This document shows positions 57,202 through 64,000 of a DNA stretch of 64,000 bases, one piece after another. Location: assembly GCA_027623195.1 (NCBI GenBank), contig JAQBUT010000005.1:64001-128000 (forward strand), given 5' to 3'. Both the position numbers and the translations under genes were made by a program. Under the pieces are notes generated by a model. That model made no database searches and was not told where the DNA came from. It saw only the letters and a program-made list of their open reading frames with translations. Positions within the stretch are counted from its first letter, which is position 1. Each line of letters opens with the position of its first letter. This DNA comes from Chloroflexota bacterium. GTDB taxonomy: Bacteria; Chloroflexota; Dehalococcoidia; Lucifugimonadales; JADFKI01.

Positions 57202-57720
57202 ATGAACGTATACGACTGCATCCGAACCCGCCGAACGGTGCGAAACTTCAAGCCCGACCCGGTGCCGCCGGAGCTGATCCACCGATTGCTGGAGGTTGCG
57301 CGATGGTCACCCACGTCCAGCAACACGCAATCCTGGCATTTTGTCGTGGTCACCGAGCCTGAAACTATAAAGAGACTAGGTGAGATAGCCACTCAAGGAC
57401 CATTCATCGGGGATGCTCCGCTGGCCATCGCTGTGGTCATGGAAGAGACCAATCGCCCGGCCCTGGACGCCGGTAGGGCCATACAGCAAATGGAACTGCT
57501 GGCCTGGTCAGAGGGATTAGGCACCTGCTTTGTGGGCTTCCGGGACCTGTCCCAGCAGGTGGCGGTCAAGGAACTGCTGGAGATTCCTCCGAAGATGGAC
57601 CTAATAACCGTCCTGCCCTTCGGCTACCGTGGCGAAAGGCCCAAGGGTACGGGCGTGCCCCGCAAGCCCATGTCGGAAATGGCGCACCAGGGTAAATTCG
57701 GCGTGCCATATCCCGGATAG
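57202..57720 (+). CDS. Nitroreductase family protein
   Basis: RRTVRNF, SPTSSNTQSWHF, EGLGTC, FGY. Confidence 0.92.
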   Translation: MNVYDCIRTRRTVRNFKPDPVPPELIHRLLEVARWSPTSSNTQSWHFVVVTEPETIKRLGEIATQGPFIGDAPLAIAVVMEETNRPALDAGRAIQQMELLAWSEGLGTCFVGFRDLSQQVAVKELLEIPPKMDLITVLPFGYRGERPKGTGVPRKPMSEMAHQGKFGVPYPG

Positions 57721-57863
57721 TATGCGCCCATTGCCTGTTGGATGGGGTCGGCCTCAACCCCTGGGGTGAGGTTGCCTCCATAAGGGGCTAAGTCTATAAT
57801 GCCGACAAAGTCGTGGTCACGTGGACGGCTGCAGCTTCGGAGAACAACAAGAGGTGGACAATC

Positions 57864-59033
57864 ATGGCTTTGCCAGAGCGAATGAAATTCGGAATCTTCC
57901 TGGGGCCTTTTCATCGCGTCGGGGAGAACCCAACGCTGGCCATAGACCGCGACTTGGAGTTGGTCCAGTGGTTGGACTACCTGGGATACGACGAGGCCTG
58001 GATAGGCGAGCACCACAGCGCCGGTTGGGAAACCATCTCATCACCAGAACTCTTTATGGCCGTGGCCGCTGACCGCACCAAGCACATAAAGCTGGGCACC
58101 GGCGTTCTGAGCCTGCCCTATCATCACCCATTGATGGCGGCCAACCGCATGGTACAGCTAGACCACATGACTCACGGCCGTGTGATGTTGGGCGTTGGCC
58201 CTGGCGCTCTGCCCGGCGACGCTTACATGCTGGGCATCGACCCCACCACGCAGCGCGAGAAGATGGACGAGGCCTTGGGAGTCATCTTACGCCTGTTCAC
58301 CGAGACAGAGCCCATCACCTACAAGAGCGACTGGTTCGAGTTAAACGAGGCCATGCTTCAGCTAAGGCCCTACCAGAAGCCTCATATGCCAATCGCTGTG
58401 GCGGCCGTGCAAACCCCTGCGGGAGTGGCGCTGGCTGGCAAGCACGGGGCGTGGGTGCTGACGATTACTGTGCCACGAGACCCTTCCAGCGGACCCTCCA
58501 ATTTGAAGGGCCTGTGGGACATAGCAGAGGAGTCGGCTTTGGAACATGGAAAGACCATGGACCGCAACGAGTGGCGGCTGACCATCCCGGTGCACTTGGC
58601 CGATACTCGCGAGCAGGCCTTCGAGGATGCGCGATTGGGAGCAGGCCGGTTCCTGCGTGAGTATTCCGAGGGAACAAACGGGCGCAAGGCAGGCTACGAC
58701 GGACCTCTGGAGAGCGTCATTGACGCGATGGCGGAAAACGGCTCCTGGATAATCGGCACCCCCGACGACTGCATAGAGGCCATCAACAAGCTGGACGAGC
58801 AGAGCGGTGGGTTCGGCGGGTTCCTGGTGCAGGCCGTGGACTGGGCGCCCAGGGAGAAGCTCCTCCATAGCTTTGAGTTGCTGGCACGCTACGTAATGCC
58901 CCAATTCCAAGGGTCTACGGCGGGTCTAGCCGCATCAAATAGCTGGGCCACAGGCAGACAGCAGGAACTTGTCGATGGAAGAGTACGCGCTCTGGACCGG
59001 GCCAAGCAGGTCTACGCCGACAGGCCCAGGTAG
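57864..59033 (+). CDS. LLM-class monooxygenase (limonene monooxygenase-like)
   Basis: FGIFLGPFH, GYDEAWIGEHHSAGWE, LPYHHP, GPGALPGD, IGTPDD. Confidence 0.92.
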   Translation: MALPERMKFGIFLGPFHRVGENPTLAIDRDLELVQWLDYLGYDEAWIGEHHSAGWETISSPELFMAVAADRTKHIKLGTGVLSLPYHHPLMAANRMVQLDHMTHGRVMLGVGPGALPGDAYMLGIDPTTQREKMDEALGVILRLFTETEPITYKSDWFELNEAMLQLRPYQKPHMPIAVAAVQTPAGVALAGKHGAWVLTITVPRDPSSGPSNLKGLWDIAEESALEHGKTMDRNEWRLTIPVHLADTREQAFEDARLGAGRFLREYSEGTNGRKAGYDGPLESVIDAMAENGSWIIGTPDDCIEAINKLDEQSGGFGGFLVQAVDWAPREKLLHSFELLARYVMPQFQGSTAGLAASNSWATGRQQELVDGRVRALDRAKQVYADRPR

Positions 59034-59047
59034 AGTAGGCAGCTAAC

Positions 59048-59284
59048 ATGGCAAACGCCATAGATATTCCAATCGTCTACACGCTGACGGTCTGCCCAAC
59101 TTGCGACAGTCTTCGTGAGGCCTGGGCCGAAGAAGGCGTGGAGTACGAGGAACGCCGTGTCGACCAGAGCCAGGATACCCTGGACGAGGCGTTGGATTAC
59201 GGCGATACGGTGCCCATCATCGTGCACCCCGACGGTCGCGTGGAGGTAGGCTTCGGCGGTCGCACGGGTTGAGAGATCGGCTAA
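59048..59284 (+). CDS. Glutaredoxin-like protein, probable selenoprotein (UXX-star-like; TGA at 59270-59272 read as Sec)
   Basis: CPTC; VPIIV...VEVGFGGRTG-TGA-GAG-ATC-GGC-TAA; stem-loop right after the TGA. Ends at 59272 if not recoded. Confidence 0.7.
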
Positions 59285-59341
59285 CGAGCCGTTGGCTCTT
59301 TTACACCAGAACATCAACGAAACCAGATAGAGGCCGCCAAG

Positions 59342-59959
59342 TTGCTAACACGCGAAAAGTTCGAACAGGGCATGAAGCCGCAGCAGTACATCGACCAGAT
59401 CAAGGTCAACAAGCAGCCATTTATCGATATCCACGACGCAGTGGAGGTCCCTACAGGCGTCTTGCAGCAGTTCGACGGCTTGTCCGAACCACTGAATCTG
59501 ACTATCTTCACGGCGGACTGGTGCGGCGATGCCATGAGCACTACGCCAGCAATCCTCAAGCTGGCAGAAAGCACCAAGGGCCTTATGGTGAACGTTTTCA
59601 ACAGAGACGACGAGCTTGAGTTGAGCAACAGCTTCCTGCCAGAGAACCGACAGGGCACGGTCCCCGTCTTCGTGGTCTGCGACTCCTCTATGAGCGTAGT
59701 GGCGAAGTTTATCGAGACCGCGTTCGAACTGGTGCCGGATATCGACGCAATGGACGGCAATATAGACCGGGAACTTGAGAATGAGCCCGAGGACAGCGCC
59801 AGGCGTCTGCGTCGAGGCAAGCGCACCGAATACAGGGTCACCCACGCCCGCCAGTGGGGAGAGGTAATTCTGAAGTCCTTCGCCAACACGGTAGCCGACG
59901 GCCTGTCCCGTTCCCCAGAGCAGCGTCCCGCCATCGGCGGCACCAAGTGGCCGCCATAG
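59342..59959 (+). CDS. Thioredoxin-family protein (single-Cys WCGDA)
   Basis: TADWCGDA, NRD, TVPVFV (cis-Pro loop). Confidence 0.82.
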   Translation: MLTREKFEQGMKPQQYIDQIKVNKQPFIDIHDAVEVPTGVLQQFDGLSEPLNLTIFTADWCGDAMSTTPAILKLAESTKGLMVNVFNRDDELELSNSFLPENRQGTVPVFVVCDSSMSVVAKFIETAFELVPDIDAMDGNIDRELENEPEDSARRLRRGKRTEYRVTHARQWGEVILKSFANTVADGLSRSPEQRPAIGGTKWPP

Positions 59960-60104
59960 GGTTAGCCGCCACGCTCACGCCCTAGTTACCCGTACTGTAG
60001 GTACCATACTCTACCCGTAAGACTGGTTATGCCAGCAACCCATCCAAGAGCCTTTCGCTGGAAGCAGGCATAGGATACACTTGCCTTCATTCCTGGAGGT
60101 TTTC

Positions 60105-61319
60105 ATGCAAGAGCAAGCCCTGTCCGACGTGCGGGTCCTCGACTTCACCCAATACGTAGCGGGACCCTACTGCACCAAGCTGCTGGCGGACTACGGCGCG
60201 GATGTCATCAAGGTTGAGCGTCCAAAGGCTGGCGATGGCGCGCGTCGAATGGGCCCCTTCCCCAAAGACGAGCCGCACCGAGAAAAGAGCGGCCTCTTTC
60301 TACACCTGAACACAAACAAGCGCAGCCTCGCCCTTGATCTGAAAAGTAACAAGGCTCGAGACATCGCCCTGCGACTGGTAGAGGACGCGGACATCGTCGT
60401 GGAAAGTTTTAGGCCGGGGACTATGAAGCGGCTAGGGCTGGACTACGAATCGCTGAAGTCCGTCAAGCCCGATCTCGTATATGCCTCCGTCTCCAACTTC
60501 GGCCAGACCGGTCCCTATAAGGATTACATGTTGTCGGACGTGATGGCCTACGGCATGGGTGGCGAGATGTACTCTACTGGCCTTGAGGCACGGGAACCGC
60601 TGAAGCTAGGCGAGAACGTGGTGCTTTACCAGGCAGGCGCAGTGGCGTCGGTTGCGACCATGGGCGCTCTCTTCGCCTCGCGGCTACAGGGCATTGGGCA
60701 GCATGTAGACGTATCCATAATGGAGACGCAGGTGGGCACCATAGACCGGCGCATGAGCATGCTTCTGGCCTACCAGTACAACGGCGAAATATCCAAGCGC
60801 AACGCGGTTGTGACAGGGAATGGCTACCCGTCAGGTGTGTATTTGTGCGCGGACGGCTACATCCAGATCAATGGCGGAGGAGGCTACTTCAAGCGGGTGG
60901 TGGATATGATGGGCCAGCCGGCTGAGCTTGACGATCCGACCTGGTACGAGCCGGAGTCGCAGTACAATTCCGACCTTGCCCTAATATTTCACGAATACTT
61001 CATACCCTGGTGCCTGGAGCGCACAAAAGAGGAGATCTGGGCTGCCGGACAACAATCCAGAGTCCTGTGCGCGCCCCTCAACACCATCGAAGAACTGGTG
61101 GAAGACCAGCACTTCAACGAGCGCAGGGCCTTTGCCGATATCGAGCACCCGGAGGCTGGCCGCCTGCTGTACCCCGGCAGGCCGTTCGTCATGAGTGAGT
61201 CACCGTGGTCTATCCGAAGGCCGGCACCGCTGCTTGGGCAGCACACCGTCGAGATTCTAGGCAGCATCGACTATGACGAGAAACGCGTAAGACAACTGCG
61301 ACGGGAGGGCGTGGTCTAA
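60105..61319 (+). CDS. CaiB/BaiF family III CoA-transferase subunit
   Basis: AGPYCTKLLADYGADVIKVE, NTNKRS, FGQTGPY, APLLGQH. Confidence 0.93.
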   Translation: MQEQALSDVRVLDFTQYVAGPYCTKLLADYGADVIKVERPKAGDGARRMGPFPKDEPHREKSGLFLHLNTNKRSLALDLKSNKARDIALRLVEDADIVVESFRPGTMKRLGLDYESLKSVKPDLVYASVSNFGQTGPYKDYMLSDVMAYGMGGEMYSTGLEAREPLKLGENVVLYQAGAVASVATMGALFASRLQGIGQHVDVSIMETQVGTIDRRMSMLLAYQYNGEISKRNAVVTGNGYPSGVYLCADGYIQINGGGGYFKRVVDMMGQPAELDDPTWYEPESQYNSDLALIFHEYFIPWCLERTKEEIWAAGQQSRVLCAPLNTIEELVEDQHFNERRAFADIEHPEAGRLLYPGRPFVMSESPWSIRRPAPLLGQHTVEILGSIDYDEKRVRQLRREGVV

Positions 61320-62617
61320 TGGCCAAGCTTCCTCTGGAAGGCCTCCGAATCCTCGACATGACGGTGGTGTGGGCCGGAACCTACTGCACCACGCTTCTGG
61401 CAGACCTGGGCGCGGAGGTAATTCGCATAGAGTCGATTCAGACCATGCAACCCATAACTCGCGGTTCGATGGCCCATCCCTCAAAGACCGTTATCGAAGG
61501 AATGCAGCCTTTCGTGGCAGCCATGCCAGATCGGGAACCCGGCCAGCGCCCATGGAACCGCTACCCCCTCTTCAACGCCCACGCGCGCAACAAGCTTAGC
61601 ATGACAGTCGACCTCCTACGCCCCGAAGGGATGGATATCTTTAAGAAGCTGGTAAAAATCAGCGACGGTTTCGTGGAGAATAACGTTACGGAGACTATGG
61701 ACAAGCTAGGGATATCCTACGAGACGCTCCAAGAGCAGAATCCGAAGCTAATCATGTTACGCATGCCTGCATACGGCAACAGCGGACCGTACAGCAACTA
61801 CCGCTCGTTGGGCGTACACATGGAGGGCGTTATCGGCCACACGTTGCTGAGAGGTTACGCGGACAGGGACCCCTCAGGCAACACAAACGTGTATGCGGCT
61901 GATGCGGCAGGAGGCGTGCAGGGAGCATTCGCGGTGATGGCTGCGCTTCACTACCGCAACCGCACCGGCAAAGGACAGCTAATCGAGCTTGCTCAGGCCG
62001 AGAACATGGTGCCTTACATGGGGCAGTTCTTCATGGACTATTCAATGAACGGCCGCAAGCACTCCACCATCGGCAACCGGCACTCCACAGCAATTCAGGG
62101 CTGTTACCAGTGCAAGGGCGACGACCGCTGGGTGAACATCACCATATCCACCGACGAGCAGTGGCAGGCGTTCACGAAGGTCGCCGGTCTGGGGCGCTTC
62201 GTGAACGACGATAGGTTTGCCACCGTCGATTCTCGCCGCGCCCACCACGAAGAGATCGACGGTTACATTACGCAGTGGACTCTCGAGCTTGACCACTACG
62301 AGGTCATGGAAGCGCTGCAACGGGTGGGCATCGCAGCCGGCCCTGTCATGGACCAGCGAGACGCCTTTAACGATCCGCACCTTCAGGCACGCGGTATTTT
62401 CGAGGAGGCCTCACAGGAGGACGTGGGCACTCACCTGTATACCGGCGCGCCCTACAAGATGTCGGAGACGCCGATCAAAATCAGGCGCGGGCCGGTGCAG
62501 CTAGGACAGGACAACGAGTACGTATACAAGACGCTGCTGCAGATGTCGGACGAGGAGTACGCAAGGTTGGAGCGAGAAGGTCACATAGGGATGGATTTTG
62601 CCGACCACGTTCCCTAG
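61319..62617 (+). CDS. CaiB/BaiF family III CoA-transferase subunit
   Basis: WAGTY..LLADLGAEVIRIE, RNKLS, YGNSGPY, YAADAAGG; TAATG overlap with the previous gene. Confidence 0.93.
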   Translation: MAKLPLEGLRILDMTVVWAGTYCTTLLADLGAEVIRIESIQTMQPITRGSMAHPSKTVIEGMQPFVAAMPDREPGQRPWNRYPLFNAHARNKLSMTVDLLRPEGMDIFKKLVKISDGFVENNVTETMDKLGISYETLQEQNPKLIMLRMPAYGNSGPYSNYRSLGVHMEGVIGHTLLRGYADRDPSGNTNVYAADAAGGVQGAFAVMAALHYRNRTGKGQLIELAQAENMVPYMGQFFMDYSMNGRKHSTIGNRHSTAIQGCYQCKGDDRWVNITISTDEQWQAFTKVAGLGRFVNDDRFATVDSRRAHHEEIDGYITQWTLELDHYEVMEALQRVGIAAGPVMDQRDAFNDPHLQARGIFEEASQEDVGTHLYTGAPYKMSETPIKIRRGPVQLGQDNEYVYKTLLQMSDEEYARLEREGHIGMDFADHVP

Positions 62618-62691
62618 TAGTCGGTCTGACACTCATCCACGCAGCCGTTCCCCTTATCCCTGTTCCAAGATGCCTGCTGCTTGGCCTTCGA

Positions 62692-63891
62692 CTAAACTAT
62701 CACGCCGCGCTGACGTAGCTCGGGAAGCTCCTCTTCAGTCACACCTAACAGCTCTGTGAGAATTTCCTCCGTATGCTGGCTGTAATGGGGAGCGGACTTC
62801 ACTATCACGGGAGACTTCTCCAGCTTAATCGGGCAGCCAATCATCTGGTAGTCGCCGCGTACACTGTCCGGCACGTTGACCACCATCTCCCGCGCGATAA
62901 GGTGCTCGTTGGTCAGGACCTCCTCGGGCGTTACGACCGCGCCACACCATATGCCAAAAGGCGCCAGATGCTCAAAGGCCTCGAACTTGTCACGTTGCGA
63001 AGTCCAGGAATTTATCAATTCCTCCACCTCGTCGGGGTGCTGCTCGCGTGTCTCATCCGTAATGAAGCGTTCGTCCTCCAAAATATCTTCGCGCCCGATG
63101 GCAATCATCAGCGTCTCGAAGGCCTGCCCCCTGTTGTGGATCATTATGTAGTCGTCTGAGCCGCCAGGAGCGCATTTGTAGACGCTAGGAATGCCGTTGG
63201 CTCCCTTATATCCGGTACGCACGTTAGGGCCGCCGACGCTAATGCTGCGGATGAGCCGATACCGCATCAGGTTTACGATGCCATCCTGCATGGATACCTC
63301 GACGTGCTGACCCTCCCCAGTGTCGTTACGCTGATGTAGGGCCGCCAGGATGCCGATAGCCGTGTGCAGGCCGGTGCCAGAGTCTCCTACGCCAACGGGG
63401 GTTGCCATAGGCGGTCTATCAGGGTATCCATTGGCCGCAATGGCCCCGGAAGAAGCCTGAGCCGCCAGCTCGAAGCTCTTGAAGCCGCTCCATCGGCCAT
63501 ACTCCCCAAATCCCTTAATACTGGCATGCACCACCCTGGGATTGATCTCTCTAAGCTTTTCGTAGCCGAACCCCAGACGTTCCATCACGCCTTTCGAGAA
63601 ATTCTCCAGTACCACGTCGGCCCACTGAACGAGCTTGGTGAAAAGCTCTCTGCCTTTGTCATCCTTGAGGTTAAGGGTTATGGCTCGCTTGTTGTTATTG
63701 AAAATAGTGAAGTAGACGCTGTCGACACCATCCTGGTGTGCCTGTTCCCATCGGGTGTTGTCCCCGCCGGCTGTGTCTTCGAGCTTTATGACGTCAGCCC
63801 CCAGCCACGCCAAAAGCTGGCCGCAAGAGGGACCCGCCTGAACTCGGCTCATGTCCAAGATTTTGAATTTGCCTAATGCTTGTCCTGTCAT
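62692..63891 (-). CDS. Family III CoA-transferase, formyl-CoA transferase-like
   Basis: VQAGPSCGQLLAWLGADVIK, SIKGFG, GDSGTG (catalytic Asp), VSMQD. Confidence 0.9.
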   Translation of the reverse strand: MTGQALGKFKILDMSRVQAGPSCGQLLAWLGADVIKLEDTAGGDNTRWEQAHQDGVDSVYFTIFNNNKRAITLNLKDDKGRELFTKLVQWADVVLENFSKGVMERLGFGYEKLREINPRVVHASIKGFGEYGRWSGFKSFELAAQASSGAIAANGYPDRPPMATPVGVGDSGTGLHTAIGILAALHQRNDTGEGQHVEVSMQDGIVNLMRYRLIRSISVGGPNVRTGYKGANGIPSVYKCAPGGSDDYIMIHNRGQAFETLMIAIGREDILEDERFITDETREQHPDEVEELINSWTSQRDKFEAFEHLAPFGIWCGAVVTPEEVLTNEHLIAREMVVNVPDSVRGDYQMIGCPIKLEKSPVIVKSAPHYSQHTEEILTELLGVTEEELPELRQRGVIV

Positions 63892-64000
63892 ACCTTATTC
63901 TCCCCACAGAGTACTATATTCTTGTCAATAACCGGTTTCCTGTATGAGGCGACTGATGCTCACATATAGGAATCTAGTCCTTGACTCCCCGCCTCTCCAG

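Overview
A 64-kb bacterial chromosomal segment. Its gene content suggests Dehalococcoidia/SAR202-like Chloroflexota (inference only): several luciferase-like monooxygenases, CaiB/BaiF CoA-transferases, NHL proteins, an SDR, a TPP enzyme and a large Alu-containing SRP RNA. Housekeeping anchors are tRNA-Pro(GGG), ogg-dinG, acs, lepA-ffs-rsmA-ispE, tRNA-Leu(TAG), ada and a YcaQ-like glycosylase. Accessory patches: (i) a tandem-domain alpha-carbonic anhydrase lipoprotein directly upstream of a chemoreceptor; (ii) a ~9-kb decaying island in tRNA-Pro, bounded by a 52-bp direct repeat, with an integrase remnant; (iii) a three-gene module I cannot assign to a described system, made of an M6 metalloprotease, a stand-alone copy of its C-terminal ~70-aa domain (OB-fold/AB5-B-subunit-like pattern) and an acidic protein with ~10 PxxLExLxxM repeats, closed by a perfect 22-bp hairpin; (iv) a coiled-coil lipoprotein with an internal S26B-like peptidase domain; (v) a two-component system whose sensor shares a DUF5666-like domain with the downstream exported protein; (vi) a probable UGA-recoded glutaredoxin-like selenoprotein. 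Frameshifts and nonsense codons were seen only in accessory genes. All calls come from reading motifs; no database searches were run.
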